Translations under genes and position numbers: made by a program
Notes under the pieces: model-generated
What the model was told of the DNA's origin: nothing
Seen by the model: the letters and a program-made list of their open reading frames with translations, nothing else
The model's database searches: none
Shown: one piece after another, positions 45,001-55,528 of the stretch
Position numbering within the stretch: the stretch's first letter is position 1
Layout: every line of letters begins with the position of its first letter
Assembly: GCA_964019335.1 (NCBI GenBank)
Contig: OZ025654.1
Location: forward strand, 310,001-374,000
Source of the DNA: Diplonema japonicum
Taxonomy: Eukaryota > Protista > Euglenozoa: Diplonemea
DNA length: 64,000 bases
Direction: 5' to 3'

Positions 45001-47395
45001 GCGCTGCCACGGCGTCCTCCATATCTAGGGTTGCTGCCAGCATGTCTTCGATGAACGTGGTGTCCTGCGGTATCGGCTCCGTCGGGACTGCTGCTGCTGC
45101 TGCTTCTCTGTTCACATTCCTTATTGTGTTCAGAGTGGTCGTGCTCAGGCTCCCCTCGTCCATTGCCCGTTCCAGTTGCTCTCGTAATGAACGGGTCTTG
45201 AGCCTCAGCTTCTCCAGTCGGGCCTGCATGATTGTAGCCGCCCCGATCGAGCCTGTTGTTGTCGGTGCACACACATTCTTGTTCTTCGTGCTTATGTGTT
45301 TGCCCCTTCCAACGTATGCTGCCCTCCCTGGCGTCCCTACCGGTTGTCCTATCAGGAGATCTTCTGTGCATCGGGAGAGTGTTTCGAAGGCTTCTGTGAT
45401 TCGGCCCTCTCGCAAGTGCAGCTGGAAATGACACGCTTCAACAGCCTCTGCGCCCTGACCTTCTGCCGGCTCCTCTGCTGCTTCAGCCCCTTCGGCAGCA
45501 TGTACCTCTGTACCTGCAGACTGAACCTATCGAGTTGTAGTCGGACTGTGAGGGTTCTGTGGTCGGTTCCTTTGACTAGCTTGTATGCGCTGCAGTCCGT
45601 GATGGCCGGCACCGCCTCTGGGTTTGCCAGAATCCTGTCTATCCGTGTGGCGCAGTTTTCCCGTACAAACGTTGGTTCTGGTTGCTCGCCCCTTCTCATC
45701 TTTGCGCATAGCTCCGCTGCATCAGTCCAGCCCGTCTGCAGCGCCTTGCACAGTTCTGGAGACCTGTCCTCGTCAGTGTTCAGGTCGCCGACAACGAGTA
45801 TGGGTACGTTGCCGAGCTCCCTCGTCTTCTTCTGCAGGACGTAGTGGAGGAGGGTCTCCCTCTTTGCCGTTTCTTCTCGCCCTGCTCCCGACGGGCAGTA
45901 AACCGAGATGATGTGCAGCCATTTGCGCTTGCCGTCGATCGCGACCTGTGTGCAGCCACCTCCGGCTTTGCTCCTCAGGTTGGTCTGAGGTATCCAGTGT
46001 TCCTGGTAGTGCGGTCCTGGGTTCTCGGATGAGTGTTGCGAGTCCCCCCCTCTGCGCTACCCAGTTCGATGCGATGCCCTCGACCTTCCTCCCCGGCTGC
46101 GGTGGCCCCCACATCGGCTTCCACTTCTTCTTCTGCTTCACCTTGCCAAGCTCTCGTTCTATTTCTTGTTGGCCTGCCAGGGTGAGCGCTGTCTCCTGTG
46201 TACATATGACGTCCATGTCCAGCTTTGTGACCTCCTCAAGTTGGTTGCAAAGGGAGGCTACGTTCACCGTCGATATGTTCATGTACGTGGGTGCTGGTCC
46301 AGGGTTTGGTTGTATTCCCTGAACACTGAGTCTCGCGAAGTCCTCCGCCTCCTCTGACCCCGGTCTGCGCTTCCCCTGCCTCAGTTCAGCACCTTTCCGA
46401 TGCATGCGCAGCACTGCTCCCTCCTGCACGTTTCCAGGGTGCACACCGCTGCCTTCCCTCCCTTCAGCAGCGTCTTGCATGAGGCGCACTGCCCCTGGGT
46501 GGCCTTGTACGCCTTCGACCACGCATGGGTGTGCATCTTTTGCTTCTTCTGTGCCTGCGATTGGGGGGAATCCATGCCCTTCCGTCGGCTGCCTGTAGGA
46601 TGGCGTGCCGTCCGTCTCCATCGGTGTCGGGGACCGGGATTCTGGAGGTGTCACGCTCCTTGGCCGTTTCGTGGGGGACGCGGCTGTGTTCTTCTTCGGC
46701 GATCCCTGTGCCTTCCTCCTCCTCGGTGATGGTGAAGCCTCCGGAGGTGTCCCGCTTCTCTGCCTCTTCGTCGGGGATGCTGGAGATGCTGGGTTCGTTG
46801 CGATTACCTTCTCCCTCAGCTCCCTGTGCCTCAGCGCTTTCTTCAGTGTCTCCCTCAGCTTCTTGTTGTCCTCTTGCAGCCCTTTGATGATCTGCTCCAG
46901 CTTCTGCATCTGCTGTTGTATTCCTGTCGGCATCTGCTCTTCCTTTTGCTCTTCCTTTCCCTTCTCCTTCTGCGGTTTGTGCTTCTGTTCCTTCTGCCCC
47001 TTCTGCTGTGCCTTCGGGTCCTTCTTCTGTTGTGCCTTTGGGTCCTGCTTTTGTTGTGCCTTCGGGTCCTGCTTCTGCTGTGCCTTCGGGTCCGCCGCTG
47101 CCCAGTACTCCTCGCCTTTGTCCTTGCCATAGAAGCAGAGGAACTCCGGCTTGGAGTACTTGGTGTCGTTGTTCTCGTTTGGGTCCTTCCGCGTCTCCCC
47201 TTTTGCCACCACCATCCGCAGCGGTTGGAGTTTCCATGCCTCTGTCAAGGGCATTTGGTTTTCTCCTACTTGGACTTCCCCGAACGGGGGTCGGACAACC
47301 GCCTGGATAATGGCGAGCTGTTTCCCTTTCTTGGGGATCATCCGGAGCACCTCCGCACCTTCCCACCCCTTCGTGCGGATCACCTCCTGCACCTG
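42055..47395 (-). mobile_element. Non-LTR retrotransposon, family 1 (ORF1 coiled-coil plus Cys/His finger; APE, RT, CCHC and C-terminal extension); decayed and probably 5'-truncated
   Basis: APE motifs STVNV, ICTQET, VVGDLN, TRIDRI, TDH; RT RPIT, QYGFR, LDFAKCFD, GILQGCPIS, SYADD; CDVC..EHALWEC; several frameshifts and short in-frame deletions; flanked by T11 and T14 on the sense strand. Confidence 0.92.
47000..47093 (-). repeat. 24-nt tandem repeat encoding DPKAQQKQ in retrotransposon ORF1
   Basis: About four units DPKAQQK(Q/K/G). Confidence 0.85.
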
Positions 47396-47712
47396 AAAAA
47401 AAAAAACCTTAAAAAGAGGTACTTTTGAAGGACCCAAGTAAAAAAAAAAAAAAAAATGCCAAAAATATAGCAAGCCTTTTTTTTCTTTTTCGTAGAAAAA
47501 AGGGGAAAAAAAAGGCGATGGGGGAAACAAGATTTCTCTACACAGAACTACACATATCAGAACACTTTTTTTTTTTTTTTTTTTTTCTTTTTTCCAAGGC
47601 GAGCTACCACACGTATGAAAAGGCCAGCCACCAAAAGAAAAGCTGCTTTTATGGTGATATCCTTTCCTTTTTCTTTCCCCCCCCCTTTTTTTTTGCTTTC
47701 TGCAAAAAAAAG

Positions 47713-47794
47713 AAAAAAAGAGTCGCCAGATTGTTTATGCAAGCCGTTTTCACCTAGTAGGGATAAAACAGACAAGCTGCCTCTACTCTTTTTT
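47713..47794 (+). mobile_element. Short AGAGT...ACTCT element, full copy (second subfamily)
   Basis: AAAAAAGAGT / ACTCTTTTTT inverted ends; core matches 62835-62895. Confidence 0.65.
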
Positions 47795-48197
47795 GCAATA
47801 ACAATTCTTTTAATTCAAAGCTTGTTTACTTTGTTTCCGGCAAAAAAAAAAATTTAAAGAGAAATTCTTCCCACTCGCTTTCTTCAAGAGAGAAAACTCA
47901 AAAAACCTTGACAGAGACTTTCTTTTTTTTTTTCTCTCTCTCCTTTCTCGCCTTTTTTTTTTCTTTCTTTCTAATCTTTTTTCTTCTTCTTTTTCTTTCT
48001 TTTTTCTCGAACATGAAACAAAGAAAGAGCATCAGGGAGACAGAGATCCCCGCCCTAATCTTCTCTTTTTCTTTTCTTTTTATTCTTTCGTTCACTTATT
48101 TTCTTTGTTCTTTTGTCTGCACGGATTGGTAGTGGGCTGACAGTTCGCTTCAGTAAAGTTCTTGTTCTTCCCCGCCCACAGTCTATGCATGACTACC

Positions 48198-48238
48198 TTA
48201 CGTTCCGACGCCAGCACAATTCTGTATGGAAAAAAAAA

Positions 48239-48272
<34 letters not shown>

Positions 48273-50037
48273 CAAACCCAGCTGTTTGTCGCAGATGTTG
48301 CAATGGAAAAGATCGTTCCAGAGACAGCGGCAGTACCCATGATAAAGACAAGAACCAAAGCAGCGTTTTTCTGGGAATTTTTTTTTTTTTTTTTTTTTGT
48401 GATAAAATCTTCTTCCCCCCCCCACCCCTACACACCCTAGCCTTCAAGGACAGGTTAAGTTGCGGAGGGAACGCCCAGTGCACAGGAATCGTCCCTTCTT
48501 CGAATTCGCTCAAGTGGAAGGAATCATTGACCTTCACAAGGTTTCTCTCCTCATCCGAATCATCACTCTCAGCCTCGATATCAATGGTACCCTGCACCTT
48601 CCCCTTGAGCAGGAAGTAGTAAAGGTACCAGGGAACGATGAAATCTGTAAACGAAACAAATATCAACGAGGAATACGTGATGAACTGGTTCAAGGCATCT
48701 GGCTGGTAAAGCAACGGGATGGCGATCAACCATGGGAACACGATCCCCCAAAAGTCGGAGAAACGCTTGGAGCAGCCGTTTTCAATACAGTTGTACTTAA
48801 CCACGATGGAAAAAACAGGAATACCGGACAAAACAGCACCGGGGATGAAAAGATACACAGAGAGCTGCGCGATGAAATTCGCAGCTCCATGATTATGAAT
48901 ATCGGGAATCATCGTTTTCATGAGTTTCGGTGTCGTGAAAATGTTCAAAACGGTGTTGGCGCACGAGTAAGGGTAACCATCGATTTTTTCACATTTACCG
49001 GTTGCGGGCCCTGCGAGGAACTGATGAAACGCCATGCACCCGGAGATCCCCAACGCGAAAAACACAAAATTGCAAATTAACGAACCGGTCCAGACTGACT
49101 TGTTGATGGAAACGTTCATCTTCTTCTCGTTGACCCACGACGGGATACACGTCACGTACCCATAGTTGAACAGAACTGTCCCCAAAACACCAGCTTGGGA
49201 AGCGTAATCCTTCGAGGAGTCCGTAAACGCGGGGATCTGCCATGCGTCGTGCTTGAAATTCTCCGAATAGAACGCTACAAAAAACCACACAAACCAACAG
49301 ACAACCGTCAGGATGAATGCGCCCACCTGGATCCCCATGTTCTCATCAAGGTTCCACATCCCCATGGGCAGTGTGAACACCAATGATGTGATGAACCCTG
49401 CAGACAGAATCCCATGGCATCCCCATGCGTTACCATCATCGAGGTTGTTCGTGTCAATGCACGACCAGAACTTCGTGGCTTCAGGTAGTGGGTATGCAAT
49501 AGGTGTTGACCCCTCACCGCTCAGCGCTTCGGAACCGTCAAACGTTAGCGAGAATGGGGTCAAGTTGAACCCGCACGATTTTCCGAAAATCGCTGATATG
49601 GCAGCGTCCATCAGCTGTGCGGATTGAATGACAGAAATGATGTTAAGGGACTGCAAAGCACCGTTGAGCCCGAGCTGCGACGCTCTGAAGAATTTCTCAC
49701 CGAAGTAGTGTTTCACAATTGTCGTGTATTCAATACGTCCTCTGAAGTGCTCGTTCCCGGGGATCATCCTCATCGCTTCGCAGTACATACCTGTCGAGAG
49801 GGACGACATGCACCAGATGAGAATGAATAGGAATGACGGTAGGAACCAGCCGGATTCTGCGTACATATTTGCGATGCTCGGTACACCTGGGCCTGTGATG
49901 TTGTTGATTAGAAGGCAGATCCCAGCGCCGAAGCCGATTGTTTTTCCACCACCGAAGGCCGTCCCCGTTGCCACACTCTTGTTGTCGTCTGCATCAGTAT
50001 AAGATGAGGCAGTTGAAGCCCCTGATCGCTTGGGCAT
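48198..50037 (-). CDS. Amino-acid permease (Aa_trans/AAAP-like); join(48436..50037,48278..48370,48198..48221), 572 aa
   Basis: LLINNITGPG, IEY, FNYGYVTCIPSWVNEKK, GIPVFSI; introns 48371..48435 (GTGTGT..CCAG) and 48222..48277 (GTTTGT..ACAG) yield a final TM helix KNAALVLVFIMGTAAVSGTIFSIA. Confidence 0.85.
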
Positions 50038-50663
50038 TTTTTTTTTCTCTTTTTTTTTTTCTTCTTTCTTCTTCTCTCTTTCTTTTTTGTTATTTTTGTT
50101 TCGGCTTTGGTTACAACGACAAAAAAAAAAAAAAAAAAAAAGAAGAAATGAAAAAAGGTAATCGTTTTAACGTCAGGTGGTTGTACCACCAGTCGGCTCC
50201 AAAGTGTACCATAAAGTACATGGGGTAGGGGTGGGGGTGGGGGTGTTTGTAAGTGTGTCAAATGACACATTTAGAGTGAGCTTCAAACTGACTTACTTAA
50301 GGGGAGGTGTCGTTACGCACCTAAACCCGGCCAAGGGTCTTGCTGCCCCATGGAAAAAAAAAAAAGGAGTTTCTTTCTTTTTTTATTTTCACTTTTAAAA
50401 AAAAAGAAAAAAGCCTAGTTTGGCCGGACGAATAAGGATGATGTGAAAAAATACCTTTCAAATGAAGCTCCTACTCCGTAGAAAGTGGTAATAAACAAAA
50501 AGAGAAAAGAGGAAACATGCCGGGTGGAAACCAGGGGAAGTTATACCGTGCAACACGTTTCCAAAGCTTCCTTTTGTTTAGACGAAGACCCGTTCTTACA
50601 AAAAAAATAATTCTTCATGACTACATGTTGTTCGCACGAGCAAAAAAAAAAAAAAAAAAAAAA

Positions 50664-50779
50664 ATGAGTTAAAGGAAGTCTTTGTGAGACGCCCCCTTGT
50701 TCTCATCTTCTACCTGCACCTATCCCCTTTCAGCAGCGGTTTCTCCTCTGGTGGTCTTGCCGGCCTTCTCCCCAGCCTG
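50664..50779 (-). repeat. 5'-truncated 3'-end copy (about 115 nt) of retrotransposon family 1
   Basis: Highly similar to 42058-42175; followed on the sense strand by a run of about 23 T. Confidence 0.9.
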
Positions 50780-51277
50780 TTTTTTAAAATTTCTTAAAAA
50801 AAGACCTTAGAAAAACTTGCGGAAAGGATTCTAGGATTCTGCTCGGCCCTAGTATGTAGTTACAAAAAATCATTTTCTTGAAAGGTAAAAAAAAGGTACT
50901 GAAACCTTAGGGGAGGGAGTAACAAAAATTCACAAAATTAGTCGGCGGTTACCGGATAAAGTTCTTGCAAGGGTTCCAATTTCTGTCGTGAGAGGGACTT
51001 CTAGTTCCTACCAGCGTAACCATGTAGGCCTCTCAGCCATTTAAGGCGAAAAAAATAAAGGAAAAAGGAAAAAGCGAAGATGGCGATGAAGACGGGGGTT
51101 CCCAAAAACGCCCTCATGCCCAACTGCGCTTGAACAGAGATTAAAACAAAAAGAAAAAAGAAATGAAAGGGAAAACAAACGTTGGGCTTGGTTAACCTGG
51201 GGTTCTGATGAAAACAGAAGAAGAACCATTTTTCTTCCTCTTTTCTTTTTTCAGGACAATGAGATTTCTCACCCTGC

Positions 51278-53221
51278 TCAAATTGAAGCAACGCTGTTCC
51301 TAAAGTTCACTGTTTTTGCCCTCCTCAATGATGATAGTTCCGACTGCGCTCCCTGCACCAGCGCACGGGGGACGGTTCTGGTACCATGGCTGCTGTAGGT
51401 TCTGAGGGACTGCTGTGTCTTGCGTGACTCGAAGGACACAGTTGTGGGAAGCTTAAAAGACTGCAAGCTAGTCGGCTGCACGGACGTGCCCCTTGAGCTG
51501 GGAGCAAGGGCAGCCAGTTCAATTTCTTTCAGGGGCTCTCTTGTCCTGTTGAATATTTCGTCTTGCATCCTTGCGCGTCGCTTTGTCACAGCAATGTACA
51601 CTTCGCAGCACACATCGACCACAACCTTCGCAAGAAGCAGAACCACAGCCACTAGCAGCAACAGTGATGCAAGCTTGAAAGTGTAGTATTCTAGATCCTC
51701 TTTGTAGTACCCCACCCCCATCAGCAGCATCGCCACACCTTGCAACCCAAGCATCACAAAATCCAAAGCCGAGTCCCTGAACCTTGCATGTGGCCATAAC
51801 TTTGCCTCCAACAACAGCATCGAGAAGAATATCACTCCTGTGAAGACTTTCTTGTGTCCGCACCCCACATAGCTGCCTGTCTCTGCTGCCGAGATCGCCG
51901 ATATTGCCAACGACGCTGTGTACTCGATCAACGCGTACCACGCTGTGTCCTGCCTGAAGGTGCGCAGCATTGAAGAGTATCGTTGTACCCAGTAGCATGA
52001 CTTATTGGTGTTCACCCACTCCCCGACCCCAAGCAGCAACATCCGTGCCTCACCGCAACTGCTCTCATGCAAGTACAGAGCAGAGTGCGGCACACCTGCA
52101 CGCAGTTTAAAAAAAACCACAACAGGGACCGCGACGCAGGTGCACATGCTGACAGCCCCGAGGATGAAGCCAGCAGGGTTCGGCGGGTGGATGATGAGGT
52201 TGATGGAGCCGAGGGTGGTCCCTTGGTAGAAGAGCTGGAAGACAACAAGCGGGGCCGATGGGAACCGCATCCACCCCTGTGTGTCCAGCCCGTTGAACAG
52301 CCGGGGGAACATCTTCGCACCGCCGCACGTTGCGATCTTCACAAGGACAAAGCACAGCAGCCCGAACCCGAAGTGATGGCGAAGTTCCCCACCACAAGCC
52401 CCAGCGCCTCGCTGTCCCAGATCTCCATCTGGGTGGGGTGCAGGGAGCGAGGGAGCTCCTGCTTTTTGTTAACGTTGCAACCCAAGCTCACAATCACCAG
52501 GCGTGTTGCTGTCCCTGCTGCTGCTCCCGTCACAACTGAGCCAGCAGTGGCAGCAGCGGAGCCTATCGTGCTTATTAACTGGAACCCCTGTTTCAGTTGC
52601 AGGTGCCATTGTTGGGTTTGCTGTGGGAACAGAAGTGATAGGTGCCGTTGTTGGGTTTGCAGTGGGAACAGAAGTGGTAGGTGCCGATGTTGGATTCGCT
52701 ATGGGGACAGAAGTTGCAGGTGCCATTGTTGGGTTTGCAGTAGGGACAGAAGTGATAGGTGCCGTTGTTGGGTTTGCTGTTGGGACAGAAGTGAGAGGTG
52801 CCGTTGTTGGGTTTGCAGTGGGAACAGAAGTGGCAGGTGCCGTTGTTGGATTCGCTGTGGGGACAGAAGTTGCAGGTGCCATTGTTGGGTTTGCTGTAGG
52901 GACAGAAGTGAGAGGTGCTGATGTTGGATTTGCTGTGGGAACAGAAGTCGCAGGTGCCACTGTTGGGTTCGCTGTAGGGGTAGAAGTGGCAGGTGCCGTT
53001 GTTGGGTTTGCTGTGGGAACAGGAGTTGCAGGTGTAGATGTTGGATTCGCTGTGGGGACAGAGGTTGCAGGTGCCGATGTTGGATTTGAAGTGAGAACAG
53101 AGGTCGCAGGTGCTGCGGTTGGGCTTGCAGTGGGAAAGGCTGTCGGAGGTAGGGAAGTAGGCAACGAGGTGGGTGCTGGACTCGAAGCGAGAGCTCCCAA
53201 CACTAGCACCAACGCAGACAT
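51278..53221 (-). pseudogene. Signal peptide, PT-repeat mucin stalk and multi-TM domain; two frameshifts (pseudogene or assembly error)
   Basis: MSALVLVLGALA; PTANPTTAPATSV repeats; frame changes at G-runs near 52585 and 52370 link three ORFs (..FQLISTIGSAA..GNFAITSG|FGLLCFVLVKIAT..). Confidence 0.7.
52595..53130 (-). repeat. 39-nt coding tandem repeat (PTANPTxAPxTSV), about 13 units
   Basis: Directly visible periodic GGGTTTGC.GTGGG.ACAGAAGT units. Confidence 0.9.
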
Positions 53222-54128
53222 GCGTCGTGTTTATAACCTGAGGGCGTGCAAGAAGGAAGAAAAAATGCAAAATAAGGCAGGGGATGGGAGGAGGTGAAGA
53301 CAAAAAGAAGACTAATAAGAAGGATATAAAAAGAAATAAAGTGGTGAAGAGGTTTAAAGCACAGATATAAAAAAAAGAAAAAGGAAAGGGAAAAAAGATG
53401 CCTTTTAAACATGCAGGCTTGGCTATGGTCTAGCCCTCACACGAAAAGAACCTCGGGAAATCGAGTATCAATATCAATAACATGAAAAAATGGACTGCTT
53501 TGGGTCAACAAGAGAAGGGAGCAAAACTCTCCCCTTTTCTTTTTTAGAACTTTTGTTTTCGCAATATTCTTTTTTTCTTTTCATTTCTCTTTTTTTTGCA
53601 ACATTGAACAAAAAAAAACCCGCAGAAAGAAAAGAAAACTGGTTGTTGTCCCCCCGATAATTACAATAAAAGAAAGGGAGGGGGGTGCGGGGGGAAACAC
53701 ATTGTTCAGTCTCGGGGGAAAAAAAAGAAGGGAAAAAAAAAGGGGGAGAAAGCTGAATAGAGTATTTTCCCCACCCCTTTCTTTTCTTGATCTCATTAAA
53801 AGACAGGGCGTAAAAGAAAGAAAAGAAGAGGTAAAAAGAAAAACTCCATAGTGAACTTTGTGGGTGGCTGTGAGCGGAGAATCACCTGGCCTCAAGTACA
53901 CAATAAGAAAAAGGAGAGAGAGAGGAATGGAGAATGAAAAATAATAAAAGAACAAAAAGAAATAAAATAAATCCTCCCCCTTCCCGCCCTTGAAAGAACC
54001 ATCGCTCAATAAAAAAGGAGGAAAACAGAAAACTCTTTTTTTTTCCTAAGAAAGTTCTTCCCCCCCCCCTTTTTATTTCTTTCGTCTTTTCTAGGGCGGA
54101 GTAGGAAGGGGACTCAGCCAAAAAAAGA

Positions 54129-54164
54129 AATCAGATTGTTAACAGTGTCTGGTACTACACAATT
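54129..54164. repeat. Short dispersed repeat, copy 2 of 2 (see 27961-27994)
   Basis: Sequence match; A-run on the same side in both copies. Confidence 0.7.
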
Positions 54165-54634
54165 AAACGCCGCTTAAAAGAACCTTTTGCAAGATAGATA
54201 TTTGTTTTGGGCGCCACAGGGGGACGCTAGGTAAAGCAGATTATCAAAGATTCACCCAAATTTGCTGTTTTCAACATTTTGCTTGCATTGGTTGTTCAAA
54301 GGGGGGGGGGGGGGGGGGGACACGGCTTCACCGTCTATTTACTGGTTTTCTGAGCTTGAAACTCTCAAAAGAAAAAAGAAAAAAGAAAGAAAAAAAAATT
54401 GCATTGTAAACCACTTTATTTCCCGTGGGGGGAAATAAAAAAAAAATAGAACAATATATAAAACTGAGGAAAATGGGGGTAGCAAACTTCGTTCTTTTCA
54501 TTTTTTTTTCTTTTTTAATTTCTTTTTTATTTATATTTTCTTTTTTATTATAACAACACCCCACGTGTTTTCGGATACGTCTTCTTTGTTTTGTGTCTAC
54601 CTAGCCTTTCCAAAGCAAGAAACAAAAGGATAAA

Positions 54635-54687
<53 letters not shown>

Positions 54688-54690
<3 letters not shown>

Positions 54691-54795
54691 GATACAATTC
54701 CAGTGTTCATGGGGGGTGCTCACTGTTCAAGAAAGAAATTCACACTATGTTCTGCGGTTGCTGCCGTGGTGCGAGAAACATTACATGCTGGTGTG
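54688..54795 (-). repeat. Degenerate, internally deleted 3'-end remnant of retrotransposon family 2
   Basis: GGGTGCTCAC.GTTCA..AGAAATTCACACTA, GTTCTGCGGTTGCTG and GCGAGAAACATT are collinear with 56423-56570; followed on the sense strand by T50 (A-run 54638-54687). Confidence 0.8.
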
Positions 54796-55476
54796 CCGTC
54801 GGCGGAGATATTATTATTATTTTTCCGTTTCCTTTTCCTTCCTTCACTTCTGCGTACTGCTCGTATACCAGTACGTTGTCATTGTTTCTCCCACACAGGT
54901 CGGCAACAGACTAACATCCCTTCTCCACAAAGGAGTCAATCGCTCCGTCATCGTGGTCCGCAAGCTAGTGATTACTCATCAACTCGCTGCCAGACGCGCA
55001 ACTTATTTTCCCATTTCTTTTCGGGCGAAAACTTCGGCTTAAGAAAATAAAGAGGGTTTTTCATTGTTGAACGTAGGGGAGGGGAGGGGTCGAAAAAACT
55101 TTCTTCCGACCTCATTCGTCGCAGATTTAAATAGCAAAGCTTTTGTCCCCTTAACTCAAAAAGACGAAAGGGGGTATATATAAAGAACAAAGGAAGAAAA
55201 AAAAAAGAAAACGATGTTGGTTTTTTTTTTTTTCTTCATCTTTTTTTTTTTTTTTTCAAAGATTTCGAAAACTCGAGATAAATTAATGACTCATCAATTG
55301 TGTGGTAATAAAATAGTTATTTTTTTTTGTGCCCATAGTTAGTATAAAAAAAAAAAAAAAAAAAAAGAAAACCACACAATGCATCAGACCCAATGCAACG
55401 CCACCCCCCACCCCCCCAATCCCCTTTCTGAAATATAGTCTCGCACGCAGTGTTAAAAATAATAAAAGCAAAAAAA

Positions 55477-55514
<38 letters not shown>

Positions 55515-55528
55515 CCTTTTCTTCTCAG

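Noticed and set aside
45773-47530. The 585-aa ORF as a genuine single protein
   Set aside because: It starts in intergenic T-tracts and appears to cross the Cys/His finger and the APE in wrong frames; it is a mosaic from a frameshifted retroelement.
52595-53130. Regular repeats resembling a CRISPR array
   Set aside because: Tandem coding repeats without unique spacers, in a eukaryotic context with no cas genes.
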